Positions 45,301-59,108 are shown, counted from the first letter of the whole stretch. The stretch: DNA of 63,232 nucleotides, filler included, from Pirum gemmata (GCA_002812295.1; 19 parts of 19 records of this genome joined end to end with filler, not necessarily neighbours in it), one strand, 5' to 3'. The notes: generated by a model not told the origin, from the sequence alone. Translations and numbers: made by a program.

Positions 45301-45513
45301 TATCGTCTATATTTCATTACAGTACTAGTTGTCTTCCATCTTTAATTTGGCACTGTTTCAGTGTATAATTGAACTTGTTTATAAAATACAAAATTAAGTA
45401 TAAAATACCAAATTAATTAAAACATGTCTGATAGTTTAACCATAATGATAATTTGGTATGTTTATTTCAGTTTTTGGACTGGTCAACACTACATTATATT
45501 GAAAAACAAGATA
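45301..45513 (-). mobile_element. MITE family A, full copy
   Basis: tatcgtcta..tttcattacag ... ttgaaaaacaagata. Carries small insertions. Confidence 0.8.
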
Positions 45514-45552
45514 GTTCTAATTATCATTAAATTTTAATTAATAGTCTAGTCT

Positions 45553-45595
<43 letters not shown>

Positions 45596-46227
45596 NNNNN
45601 NNNNNNNNNNNNNNNNNNNNNNNNNNNNNNNNNNNNNNNTTAATTAATTAANNNNNNNNNNNNNNNNNNNNNNNNNNNNNNNNNNNNNNNNNNNNTTATT
45701 ATATTATATTATAATATTTATAAATCTAATTTCACACTCACCACCACCATTAACACCAATATCACCAATAACATTCTTTATTTAAATACAACATAATATT
45801 ATATATTGCTTTCGATATTGCTTTAATATTATATATATATGAATGATACTGGTTTTATTTCGAATTTCATTTGTAACTTTCATATATAAATTTATGTGTC
45901 TATAAAGAAAAATAAAATATCGATAACAAACAGTTCTTTTTTTTTAAAAAAACAAACTATCATCATTATGATACCATGGCAAGTCTAGTTCCTGATTGCC
46001 TAATCTAAAAATATGCCTTTTTGAATTTTATTTTGGCTTTTTTTAGTAATATTTTGAAGTTGACATGTGTTCGTCTTTTTTATTGGCTGTTGAAAATAGA
46101 TAACTGCAAGCACCAATGAAAAATCATCATAGATCACTTGGTGATTGGACACCTACTAAAATTGGAAAAAAAAAATTAAAAAAAAAATTAAAAAAAAAAA
46201 AAAAATTTAAAAAAAACTTTTTTTTTT

Positions 46228-46266
<39 letters not shown>

Positions 46267-46574
46267 CATCAAAGAAGATGACGCTGGTGTCAGTCTATAA
46301 TATTGATTAATAAGTTCGAAATGTTCAATCTTACAATTAAGTATCCAAATATATTTATTTATTAATAAACTCGAAAAATACGAAAACAAATATTTTTCGA
46401 ACGGAGCTGAATTTTGGCTTTTTTTGACAGCAGAAATTCGAGTTTCCTCTGTAGACCGTCTGTAGAACTTCTGTAGAGCCTAGACTCTACTAGCTAGACC
46501 CCACCTATATCATAGACTCTCAGATCATAGACTAACTAATATGAACATACATACAGAATGATATAGTCCTACAG

Positions 46575-46954
46575 CTATTTTGCCACTTTGATTATTTATT
46601 TGGTACTTTTAAGTTTATAAACGTGTTTATTTTAAATTGAATTATAAATTATTAAACACGCCAATTTAATTAAATTGTATCAAATAAATTTGATATAGTA
46701 TTAACTTGGTATTTATTACTGCGTATTCTATAATGACAAAATAACTGAAAAGCACAATATTGTCACTGAGAATATTAATATCATATCATTGGCTAGTTGT
46801 CTGATAAAACTGTAGAAATCTTTAATTTGGTAGTGTTTTTTTTTTTTAAAAAAACTTGTTTACCATGTCTGACAGTTTATTAACCATAAAAACAATTTGG
46901 TATGTTTATAAAGTTCAGTTTTTGAACTGGATAACACTATTGAAAAACACGATA
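46575..46954 (-). mobile_element. Degenerate MITE-B (about 46575-46758) followed by MITE-A (about 46795-46954)
   Basis: The ends aactgaaaagcacaata and ttgaaaaacacgata are recognisable. Confidence 0.65.
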
Positions 46955-47094
46955 GACTAGCATTCAGGAATCAGGATGTTCTACAACTTCTAACATGAAT
47001 CACTAATAGACTAATTATTTGTATACCGTTTCATAATACAGAGGAAAACTGTATATTTTTAGTATATTTTTTTAACTATGCATACAAAAATGAG

Positions 47095-47265
47095 GATCCG
47101 CCATATGAGCTCAAATCCAAAAAAATTCAAAATGATCCAATTTTAATGAAAGTACTACCAGATTTTGAGAAATCGTGTAACTAAGAAAACTCTATAATGT
47201 ATCAATGGCTAGTTTTTAAAAATAGTCTGGCAAGTTAGCATTAAAGGTTTTTAGAAAAGAAGTCT
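47095..47265 (+). mobile_element. MITE family D copy
   Basis: The D core is present. Confidence 0.68.
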
Positions 47266-48076
47266 AATTCTAAAGTGTTTTAAAATAAATAAATAAATAA
47301 ATAAAAAAAAAAATCGAAAATAAAAAATTTCTCTATGATATAATATTAATATTATGCATATTATTATAAATGATAGTATTATGATAATATACTAGTGATA
47401 ATATATTAAATCATAGTCTAAAGAATCCCCCCCCTGGTTGACTAGACTCCACTACTACTATATCATAGCTGATATCTGATATTACGATAGTGCTCCAATG
47501 CTGAGTGATCTCTTCTTTAGTCTCCTTCCAGATTGTAAATGTAATTATTTTAATTGTAGACGTAGATGTACTTGTATTTGTACTTCTACTTGTACTTGTA
47601 TACTTCTACTTCTATTTCTACTTGTACTTGCAGTTGTAGTTATTATCACAGTAATTGTAGTGAATTAGCTAGTAGTGTAATCGTAGCAGCTGTTGTTATG
47701 CGCTGTCTAACTAGCATTAAGTGCAAAAGGTAAACTTTTAAAAAAATACCACCATAGTTAAAAAGAAACATTATTTTTGAATTTTATTGTTTAATAATAA
47801 TTATTATTGCTCATTATAATTTCGAGTGTTCATTTTAGTATGATTCATTTATTTTATTACTTGTTTTAATTAACAATCACATGTAGTGGTAGTAGTGGTA
47901 GTGTTAGTAGTAGTAGTAGTAGTATCTTTTGATAGTATCAATAATAGCAGTAGTAGTAATAGTAGTAGTCGTAGTATCAGATAGTACCAGTATCATAGTA
48001 GTATAAGTAGTAGTATTAATATTAGTAGTAGTTATCCATTTTAAAATTATCGATAATGCATAATGTATGTTCATAG

Positions 48077-48298
48077 TAGGGGTGAGATATCTACTGGAAC
48101 TTTTTTTGAACAGATGCTTATCGAGCCAACCTTAGTTCCATTTCTTTACTAATAATAGCAGTTAAATAGCTTAAAACAGTAAATACAATTATAATAGATA
48201 CCAATTAAAGTAATTTTATTAACATTAATAGTAATAAAAACCATAAAATCGGAAAAGTTCCAGTACCTAAGTACCTGTTCGACGTCATCTCACCCCTA
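48077..48298 (+). mobile_element. MITE family C, full copy
   Basis: Perfect TIR TAGGGGTGAGAT ... ATCTCACCCCTA. Confidence 0.85.
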
Positions 48299-48413
48299 CT
48301 ACTAGAATTATTTCAGAAATAAAATGTTTTTTTTTTTCTCTAGCCTAGAACCCGGGGTCTATGATATCATTTTTTTATTTAGCCAAGCCGGACGGATAGC
48401 TGTAGAAATCCAA

Positions 48414-48537
48414 GCTACTTATACGTCACGTCAAGGGGTGGGTAGGTAGGTGGTATTTGATCAGAAATTAACGTCGAGGGGTAGGTAGGTAGGGGCATTT
48501 GAAGCTGTATTTGACTGGAAATTGGCGTTACGTGGTA
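48414..48537 (+). repeat. Dispersed repeat G with GGTA/GGGT runs; reverse-complement copy at about 51235-51340
   Basis: gtcacgtcaagggg..ggtagg..gtatttga..cgtcga.gggtaggtaggtagggg.atttgaagct is shared between the two sites. Confidence 0.75.
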
Positions 48538-48657
48538 NNNNNNNNNNNNNNNNNNNNNNNNNNNNNNNNNNNNNNNNNNNNTTAATTAATTAANNNNNNN
48601 NNNNNNNNNNNNNNNNNNNNNNNNNNNNNNNNNNNNNAAAAAAAAAAAAAAAAAAAA

Positions 48658-48698
<41 letters not shown>

Positions 48699-48701
<3 letters not shown>

Positions 48702-49165
48702 CCAAGCCGGATATATGATAAAACTGGCAATGCTCAAAATCCAAAAATCTCAAACTGAACCAATTTACCTAAAAGTACTACCAAATTTTAAGAAATATTT
48801 TAACTAATAAAACACTATTATGAACCAATGGCTAGTTTTTAAAAAATATTTGGTTAGTTATTATTAAAGGTTTTAGAAAAGAAGTCTAAAAAAATGATTT
48901 CTACAGTTTTATCCGGCTTGGCTGTTAAAAAAAAAATAATAATAATAATAATAAAAACAGCCAAGCTGGATAAAAAATAAAAATGGCTAAAAATGGCAAC
49001 ATCCGTCATTTCAAAAATCCAAAAAATATCAAAAATGCTCCAATTTTGGAAAAAAGTACTACCAAAATTTAAGATATCGTCGAACTAAAAAAACTCTATT
49101 ATGAATCAATGGCGATCTTTTAAAAATAATTTGGCTAGTTATCATTTTAAAAAACTTCTAAAAAA
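48699..49165 (+). mobile_element. Two adjacent MITE family D copies (48699-48924 with both TIRs; 48958-49165)
   Basis: ccaagccggata ... tatccggcttggctg. The second copy starts cagccaagctggata. Confidence 0.75.
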
Positions 49166-49433
49166 AAAAAACATAATAAATTTTATGACAATATTAGATA
49201 AAATGGTGCAAAGTTGCCAACTACAAAACGGCGCAAACCATCAAAAAACGACCACTTTTTTTTACTAATTAAAAAGCTCAATTTTTTTTTTTTAAATGTT
49301 TGAAAATTTCAAATCTATTAAATAATTATTACAGAACTTACGTTCGAAAACTGAAAATTCCAGTGAAACCTAAAAGTTGGCCGTTTTTAAATTGTTTGCG
49401 CCGTGTACACAAACATCGGCTGCCGAAAAATAG

Positions 49434-49660
49434 TAGGGGTGAGATATCTACTGGAACCTTTTTCGAACATATGCTTATCGAGCCAACCTTAGTTCTTTCC
49501 CTTACTAATAATAGCAGTTAAATAGCTTAAAATAGTAAATATAATTATAATAGATTCCAATTAAAGTAATAATGCTAACATTAATAGTAATAAAACCATA
49601 AAAATCGGAAAAGTTCTGGTAGCTGCTCGGTAATAATAAAATGACGTCATCTCACCCCTA
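49434..49660 (+). mobile_element. MITE family C, full copy with an apparent 8-bp target duplication (hAT-like)
   Basis: TIR TAGGGGTGAGAT. CCGAAAAA lies at 49423-49430 and at 49662-49669. Confidence 0.85.
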
Positions 49661-49851
49661 CCCGAAAAAGTCTTATCTCTCTCCACCACCACCAGCCACC
49701 ACCACCAATAATAAATACTATTCTCTTTAGCTTAGTTTTTTTTAACGAACATCGAACCAATTGTGGTTTACAAATCCAACTTGGACCTTACTTCATTGGC
49801 CAGACTCACTGGTAGGCTGTGAAGTTTCCAAGGGGGGTACCCTTTATATGT

Positions 49852-49885
49852 AACCTAACCCCTAACCCTAACCCTAACCCTAACC

Positions 49886-49926
<41 letters not shown>

Positions 49927-49941
49927 CCCTAACCCTAACCT
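49852..49941 (-). repeat. Interstitial (CCCTAA)n, about 14 units
   Basis: Directly visible. Confidence 0.92.
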
Positions 49942-50403
49942 TAGTCTGTTCGAAATGTTCGAGCTACCAGAAAAAATTTGGCCACTTTTCAAAAAGTTGG
50001 TTAATGTTAGACATAGACTATTGATACGATATTTGAAATCAATTATTTTCTGTGATGATTATGCATATTTTCTTAATTGTTGTGTGGTGATGTTGATGTT
50101 GTTTGTTGTTTGTAGTTTGTTGTTTGTTTTCTTATTGTTACAAAAAATTATAAATCAACAGCTACAACAACAACACCAACAATACCAACAACACCAACAA
50201 TACCAACAACACCAACAATACCAACACCATCACCAACAACAACAACAACCAACAACCAACAACCAACAGCAGCCAACAACAACTAACACTACTAACCACA
50301 TTAACAGCAATTGCAGCACTCGTTACGCACGTGCACGAAAAATCCCGATTCCTTGTTTGCCCGAGAAATGTTTGAAACGATCTGTAGTTAGTAAGTAATA
50401 ATC

Positions 50404-50435
<32 letters not shown>

Positions 50436-51848
50436 CCAGCAACCAACAACCAACAACAGCCAACAACAGTTACTAACAAACTAACACCACCAATTAATAA
50501 CATCAATTATTATTAATAATAATATATAGTGCTAATAAATCTAGAAAGTTAGCAAGTAATAATCAACAACAACAACAACAACAACCAACAACCAACAACC
50601 AACAACGAACCAACAACCAACAACCAACAACAGTCAATAACAAATAATAAATAATAAATAATAAATAATAAATAATAAATAATAAATAATAAATAATAAA
50701 TAATAAATAATAAATAATAAATAATAAATAATAAATAATAAATAATAANATAAATAATAAATAATAAATAATAAATAATAAATAATAAATAATAAATAAT
50801 AAATAATAAATAATAAATAATAAATAATAAATAATAAATAATAAATAGTGCTCATAGATCTAGAAAGTTGGCAAGTAATGATAATAATATTTATAAAATG
50901 ATGATAATAATAATATATTAATATTATAATATTCACATGATAGTCTACCGTTACAGACTCCCGTTACTATAGTAGAACACTACAAAGAACACCTAATTTT
51001 TTTTATAGCATAATAATAACAAAAATGAAAAAAGAACAAACCAAAAACAAATAATGAAAAACAATCAACACCAAAAACAAACAACAAACCAAAAGCAAAC
51101 AACAAACCAAAAGCAAACAACAAACCAAAAGCAAACAACAAACAACAAACCAAAAGCAAACAATCCACCATACACAAAATCAAACAACACAACAAAAGCA
51201 ACCGTAGAGCATAGACTACTACTAGCTAGGAGCGATTTCCACCATCAAATGTAGCTTCAAATACCCCTACCTACCTACCCTTCGACGTTTTAATTTCCGG
51301 TCAAATACCGCCTACCCACCTACCCCTTGACGTGACAAGTATTATTTGAAAACTCCTGGTAAATAACTTTTTATGTGTATCTTTTTTTTTTTTTTTTTTT
51401 TTATTTTCTTTTTTTATATATATTTAAAAAAAAAAAAATAGTATTTTTTGATTTTGTTTTTTTTTTTTTTTTTTTTTTTTNNNNNNNNNNNNNNNNNNNN
51501 NNNNNNNNNNNNNNNNNNNNNNNNTTAATTAATTAANNNNNNNNNNNNNNNNNNNNNNNNNNNNNNNNNNNNNNNNNNNNAAATAACAAATAACAAATAA
51601 CAAATAAAAAATAACAAATAACAAATAACAAAAATAACAGAAATAACAAATAACAAATAGCTAATAACAAAAAACAAATAATAAATAACAAAGAGCTATT
51701 GATATTTACACATTCAATAGATACTAAATAATAAATGATAAATGATAAATGATAGTTGATAAACATTACTCATGGTAAATTTCTGTTTTTTGTCCTTCAT
51801 GAATATTTTTCTTCTGATTTCTTATTTTTTGTTTTTGGTCATTTTTAG

Positions 51849-52853
51849 GTAAAGCAGCTTTTTCGAAAAAAATATCAAGGTATTTTTGTTTTCTACCAAT
51901 TTATCTAATTTCTTAACCTAACATTCTTGATAATCGTATAATGTATGTCTGTAAAATATTTTTTTGTTGGAATAAACTTATTACTATGCCGTTTTGTTGT
52001 TATTATCTTTATACCATAATAACGTTTCCACTAATGAAACACTCTTTTTTTTTTAAATATATCTCTTCAATATTCATGTTTTTTTTTAAATAGTTTCAAT
52101 ATTCTTGTTTTTTTTCGTCCCTTTAATATTCTTATTTTAATTCTTATTTTATCATTTTCTGCAGCTTCGCCTATAAAAGTGGTAATGCGGATATAAACAA
52201 AAAGGATATGTCGAAAGAAACTTCCAGAAACGGGAAGACAATTGTAGAGAACCATGATACTACTAAAACCACTTTGAGTTTTACTACCGGAAGAGAATTG
52301 AACGAAAGTACTGATAGCCCAGACGTAAGTCCTCCCAGTTTAAAAATCATTACGTTGCTCTTTGTTCTCTTGTAGTAGTTCTCTCAATCTATCCCCCCCC
52401 CCACCTTAGTGTCCCTAGTATATTATTCTGCTTTCATTAATTTATCATTAATTATCATTGACACCACAGCAAAGTCTTTACTTACCAAATAGTTCCGTTC
52501 TAATGTTAATTTTTTGTATATAATTCACTTTCCATATTTTTTTTCCTTCTCTGTTATTATTTCTCAGCTTTCTCTGTATTGCCTTACCTTGGTAATATTA
52601 GATGTAAGTGCAACTCTATTTATGTATTACTATCATTTAAATTTTATTATTCTCTCAATTTTCTATGTCCCAGGTTTATAATGCTAGCACCGAAAGTGAA
52701 AGTAACGATGATTGTCAGGTGATACAGGATGACGAATCCGATGAAGAGATTATATCGAAAACCGAAAATATACATTTGAAAAGGAAAAAAAATTCTCGAC
52801 GGATTTTAGATTCTGACACAGAGGACAGTGACAATAATCATGTTAGTATCTAA
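51849..52853 (+). CDS. 3' exons (51849-51879, 52165-52324, 52674-52853) of an unknown protein with an acidic tail and a basic NLS-like patch
   Basis: Phase-compatible GT-AG introns. The product ends ...DDESDEEII...KRKKNSRRILDSDTEDSDNNHVSI*. Confidence 0.6.
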
Positions 52854-52942
52854 GTGGATGTGACAATTGCAAGCATAAAAGAACTTTCTTCATTACCATT
52901 GTTTCGATATTTTATTATAATTGATTTGCTACTATATTGAAA

Positions 52943-52975
<33 letters not shown>

Positions 52976-53032
52976 GTTATTATTATGACCAATATTAATT
53001 AAACTTATTACTTTATTATTACTATATTGAAA

Positions 53033-53074
<42 letters not shown>

Positions 53075-53407
53075 TGAATCTTAAAACACTGTTAATAATT
53101 AAGCTTATTTTGCTTCAAGCATGCTAAAACTTTATGCTATTTTTTTATTAAAATTGAACCATTAAATTTTGAGGATTTCGAAGTTACGTTTTTGCAAAAA
53201 AAAAAGTTAATTTTAATTAGTAGAATGTCCTATTGTTATTTGATATTCTACTTTTATTAAACTCTTTTAATAAGATAAAAACACATTTTTTTCAATTAAT
53301 TAATTAAATTTTATTTTTTAAAATTATCACAAATTAAATATTATTATAATACTGTAGTATTAAATATTAATTAAACTGAGCGAATTTGAAGCAAAATGTA
53401 TTGACAT

Positions 53408-54351
53408 TTATACATATCCTAATTTATCGTAATTAACTGCTCTACCTTTATCAATCATTCTTTTAGCAACAATCAAACAAATAAATTCAACCAAAGCTAA
53501 ACCAGCCATAACCATAACTAAAATATAACCAGCGTCAAGCTCACATGCACCAGCATCGTATTTTCCAGCAGAAGCTCCACAAACATCTATTGCTATTGGT
53601 ACTGATACCATGGTAGTTTTTATTGTTTTTCCATCACTGGCATACAACATCTTTTCAAACGTTGGGTACAAGTTAAACTCTTCACCGAAGCCAACAGGGA
53701 AAATGACAGCAGCAATGATAGCGACAATATTAGCAACAACAGAACAAGAGATGGCCATTTGTATAAGTTTGTGCCATCTAATTGCTAAAATAGAAACGAG
53801 GATAACCACTAAAAACATAATTCCACAGGAAATAGTTAAAAAGGAGGATGCGTTAAATGCACCGGAAGGTGCATCAGTGGAAGGAAAAGAGTAGCATTTT
53901 TCTTTTGCTGAAAGGACTGTTCCATTTTTGAAGTCCTGGATGTAATCATAACATACCCAATTTGGTGACCTAATGTAATAATAATAATAATAATATTAAT
54001 AAGTTAATTATTAATAATGATAATATTTTAAAAACCATATAATTCATTATGATATTAATTAAAATTATAAATGACAACACACACACATATATAATAATAA
54101 TAATAACTCAAATCAATACGCAATAGAATAAAAAGTTAATAAACATACCATCTGATGTCGTAGGTTTGATTAGTTAAAATCTGAGTACCGTTAGTGTCGG
54201 TTACATTAAATTCAGTAAAACTAGATTCATGCATCCATTGAATCCCGCTAGCTACAAAAGCAAGTAGAGCAATAATAAAAGAAATAATTAAAACAAGCAT
54301 ATATGGAATAGAACATTTTTTATTTGCTTTCTTAAAAAATTGGGAGCAAAC

Positions 54352-54354
<3 letters not shown>
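53408..54354 (-). CDS. LHFPL-family tetraspan membrane protein (claudin/PMP22 superfamily), two exons 54354-54149 and 53969-53408, about 255 aa
   Basis: A phase-2 intron GTATGT..TAG joins the two ORFs. Four hydrophobic segments. IFPVGF...VCGASAGKYDAGACELDAGYILV matches the LHFPL second-loop pattern. Confidence 0.8.
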
Positions 54355-54384
<30 letters not shown>

Positions 54385-54484
54385 NNNNNNNNNNNNNNNN
54401 NNNNNNNNNNNNNNNNNNNNNNNNNNNNTTAATTAATTAANNNNNNNNNNNNNNNNNNNNNNNNNNNNNNNNNNNNNNNNNNNN

Positions 54485-54566
54485 GTGTTTTGTCCAATAT
54501 AGTGTTCCGAATATCTATAGAAAGTTCTTGTTGAGCTAATTAAATACAACCACAACCATAACAACC

Positions 54567-54611
<45 letters not shown>

Positions 54612-54682
54612 TAATGAACTCGCAGCTTTGATTAGTTAAGTGAGAAGCATATTAAGTACATTCTACTCGTTTAAAACAATAT

Positions 54683-54726
<44 letters not shown>

Positions 54727-55865
54727 AACAACAACAACAACAACAACCTAATATCTATAGAAAGGTCTTGTTGAGTTAATTTTAAAAAAAAAAATATATA
54801 TCCAATAAAATTTAAATATTTAATAATGACTTTTAATTGGTAAACATAAAAAAGCTTGAAAATTTCGAATTTTGGATGAAATTAGGCGCCCCTGTCAGTA
54901 AAATATCCTATCTAAATTATCAATCTCGAGCCAAAAAAACAAATCCTAATTTGGAATTTTTTTCTTTTTTTTGCCATAATTAGAAAGCAAATTGTGCTTT
55001 TCATTTATTTTGTCACTCTGAATAGTTATGCATATTTATTTGGTGGGTTATAACCTTTAAACTGACATTTTTAAACGAATAAATAGATGATAAAATATAC
55101 CAAATTAAATAAAATGGATTTATATTGCATTAATTTGGTACTTTATTGTATATTTTATTATGACAAAATAAATGAAAAGCACGATAAAAATAATAAAATA
55201 TGTAAATACAATTTTTCGGAAGGATATGGTGTAAAAGCTGACTAAAAAGTGTTTTGTAAACAAGAATAACTGACATATATGCTTTTATTAATAAAAACCT
55301 TTTAAGTTACGATCTTTTAATTAATTTCTGCATTCAAGTCGAATTATACTATAGTTCGACCACTTTTTTTAAAAGATTAAAAAACGAATTTATAAATAAG
55401 CTGACTAGAATCTAATTTCACTAAATCACTTTTTAAGATTTTTTAATTCTTGAATCAGAAGCATTGTTGTAAACTTGAAAGTTTAATATATAAATAAAAA
55501 TACTAGAGCTATTGAACCTTAATTTTTAGAAAAGTTATAATTCTTGAATCAGAATCATTGTTGTAAACCTGAAAGTTTAATATATAAATAAAAATACTAG
55601 AGCTATTGAACCTTAATTTTTAAAAAAGTTATAATTCATTTTTATAGTTACCAAACATAATTCAACATATTAAAGAGTTTTTAAACCTTTAAAATTTAAT
55701 TGTTGTTTTATATGAAAAATAACAAATTAAAAAACTAAAGAGTTATTAAAAACATTTAGTTGACCTGTTTGATTTTGTGTTGCTGTATAAGGGTGAATCA
55801 CTATACCATATTAATACAAATTAATAAAATTATTATTTTAATAAAATAATTGTTATTATTTTTGC

Positions 55866-55963
<98 letters not shown>

Positions 55964-57102
55964 GCAAAAATAATAACAATTATTTTATTAAAATAATAAT
56001 TTTATTAATTTGTATTAATATGGTATAGTGATTCACCCTTATACAGCAACACAAAATCAAACAGGTCAACTAAATGTTTTTAATAACTCTTTAGTTTTTT
56101 AATTTGTTATTTTTCATATAAAACAACAATTAAATTTTAAAGGTTTAAAAACTCTTTAATATGTTGAATTATGTTTGGTAACTATAAAAATGAATTATAA
56201 CTTTTTTAAAAATTAAGGTTCAATAGCTCTAGTATTTTTATTTATATATTAAACTTTCAGGTTTACAACAATGATTCTGATTCAAGAATTATAACTTTTC
56301 TAAAAATTAAGGTTCAATAGCTCTAGTATTTTTATTTATATATTAAACTTTCAAGTTTACAACAATGCTTCTGATTCAAGAATTAAAAAATCTTAAAAAG
56401 TGATTTAGTGAAATTAGATTCTAGTCAGCTTATTTATAAATTCGTTTTTTAATCTTTTAAAAAAAGTGGTCGAACTATAGTATAATTCGACTTGAATGCA
56501 GAAATTAATTAAAAGATCGTAACTTAAAAGGTTTTTATTAATAAAAGCATATATGTCAGTTATTCTTGTTTACAAAACACTTTTTAGTCAGCTTTTACAC
56601 CATATCCTTCCGAAAAATTGTATTTACATATTTTATTATTTTTATCGTGCTTTTCATTTATTTTGTCATAATAAAATATACAATAAAGTACCAAATTAAT
56701 GCAATATAAATCCATTTTATTTAATTTGGTATATTTTATCATCTATTTATTCGTTTAAAAATGTCAGTTTAAAGGTTATAACCCACCAAATAAATATGCA
56801 TAACTATTCAGAGTGACAAAATAAATGAAAAGCACAATTTGCTTTCTAATTATGGCAAAAAAAAGAAAAAAATTCCAAATTAGGATTTGTTTTTTTGGCT
56901 CGAGATTGATAATTTAGATAGGATATTTTACTGACAGGGGCGCCTAATTTCATCCAAAATTCGAAATTTTCAAGCTTTTTTATGTTTACCAATTAAAAGT
57001 CATTATTAAATATTTAAATTTTATTGGATATATATTTTTTTTTTTAAAATTAACTCAACAAGACCTTTCTATAGATATTAGGTTGTTGTTGTTGTTGTTG
57101 TT

Positions 57103-57146
<44 letters not shown>

Positions 57147-57217
57147 ATATTGTTTTAAACGAGTAGAATGTACTTAATATGCTTCTCACTTAACTAATCA
57201 AAGCTGCGAGTTCATTA

Positions 57218-57262
<45 letters not shown>

Positions 57263-57344
57263 GGTTGTTATGGTTGTGGTTGTATTTAATTAGCTCAACA
57301 AGAACTTTCTATAGATATTCGGAACACTATATTGGACAAAACAC
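54485..57344. repeat. Whole contig is a 2860-bp spacerless palindrome centred at 55914/55915; includes mirrored MITE-B copies (54991-55186 and 56643-56838)
   Basis: Starts gtgttttgtccaatatag and ends ctatattggacaaaacac. The centre is (TTA)n-(TAA)n. No arm mismatch was seen in the stretches compared by eye. Confidence 0.93.
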
Positions 57345-57830
57345 NNNNNNNNNNNNNNNNNNNNNNNNNNNNNNNNNNNNNNNNNNNNTTAATTAATTAA
57401 NNNNNNNNNNNNNNNNNNNNNNNNNNNNNNNNNNNNNNNNNNNNATTTAATTGCTGTTTAACGAGAGCTGAAGATGAAGCATCAATAATAGAACTAATAA
57501 CGATATGAATTATAATATTTATTATAAATATTATTGTAATTATTTGTAAACAAAAAATCCAACTTGAGAAAGCTACATGAACTACTGTAGACTAACTTTA
57601 GAATGAGTGAGCTAAAAGAGCTAAGTCGATCTAGACTTAGTATAATTATAGCGAGCATTCATAATAAAAGACATCACTTATTCTTTTATAAAAGTCATTG
57701 CTCGAAAGTATTACTTAAACTGTTTTAGGCAGTAATTAATTATTAAAATGAACTTTAAAATCATGACCAAAAGTGTTTTGGACAAAGAGGCATAGGGAAG
57801 ATGAGGTGACATTCTTTATTATATGGATGG

Positions 57831-58003
57831 GAATATTTATTTGGTTTGTTATAATTTTTTAATTGACATTGTTAAATGNTTGACATTGTTAAATGAATAA
57901 ATGGATAATAAAATATACCAAATTAAATGAAATGGATTTGTATTATATTAATTTGGTACTGTTTATTGCACATTTTATGATGACAAAACAACTGAAAAGC
58001 TCG
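57831..58003 (-). mobile_element. MITE family B copy
   Basis: gaatatttatttgg ... caactgaaaagc. Confidence 0.72.
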
Positions 58004-58558
58004 GTAGAAGACCTATAATTTTAAAGTTAGTAGCTAGTCTAGTTAGTCTAGAGTTTAGAGTCTTAGACAGTTAGATGCTAGAGTAGTAAAAAAATTCCTT
58101 TGTTGAGTGCTAGTCTACTGCTAGTCTATTTATATATTTATATCATAGTACTATCATAGTCTATCATATAAATAAAATTAAATTTTTTAAAATATTTTAA
58201 TTTTAAATTTTTAAAATATTATTTTTTATCTTGCAACTAGACTTGGAAAATATTATTTTAATTTTATTAAAAAAAGACTTGCAAGTCTCGTTTTTTAAAA
58301 AAAATTAAAAAAAAATTTTATCTTGCAAGACTAGACTTGGAAAATAAAAATTAAAAAAACAGGATTTTTTCGGACTTACAAAAAATTTGAAACAATTTGA
58401 GATACTGTTATGTATAAGTTGCGTCCACCATAGCTAAAATAGTCTATTATTTTTTTTAAAATTATTATTTTAATTAAAAAAAGACTTGCAAGTCTTGTTT
58501 ACTAGCTCTAGCTAGCTAGTAAAAATAGGCTACTAGACTATCTTTTACACTAGTCTAC

Positions 58559-58966
58559 TATCGTGTTTTTCAAAAACTGAAATATTAAAACGTACCAAAT
58601 TTTTATTACGGTTAAACTATCAGAAATGTTTTAATTAATTTGGTATTTTATACTTAATGTTTTATTCTATAAACAAGTTCAATTATACACTTTTAAAAGC
58701 AGTATCAAATTTAGAGGACAACTGTAATGAAATAGACGATTTCAGATATCCCATGGTACTATATATAACTATATATACTATCGTGCTTTTCATTTATTTT
58801 GTCACTCTGAATATTTATTTGGAGGGTTATAATATTTAAATTGACATTTTTAAATCAATAAATATATAATAAAATATACCAAATTAAATTAAATGGATTT
58901 ATATTATATTAATTTGGTACTATTTATTATTTATTTTATGACTACAAAACAACTGAAAAGCACTAT
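58559..58966. mobile_element. MITE-A (58559-58740) followed by MITE-B (58779-58966)
   Basis: tatcgtgtttttca...gaaatagacgat, then tatcgtgcttttca...tgaaaagcactata. Confidence 0.82.
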
Positions 58967-58979
58967 ATGATACTCTACT

Positions 58980-59108
58980 AACCTAACCCAAACCCTAACC
59001 TTGACCCTAACCCTAACCCTAACCCTAACCCTAACCCTAACCTTAACTCTAACCCTAACCCTAACTCTAAAACCCTAACCCCAACCCTAACCTCAGACCT
59101 TAACCCTA
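58980..59108 (-). repeat. Interstitial degenerate (CCCTAA)n
   Basis: Directly visible. Confidence 0.9.

Noticed and set aside
18736..54354. Functional cluster of the attractin-like and tetraspan genes (MEGF8-MOSMO-like module)
   Set aside because: They are on different contigs joined artificially, and the tetraspan looks more like LHFPL than MOSMO.
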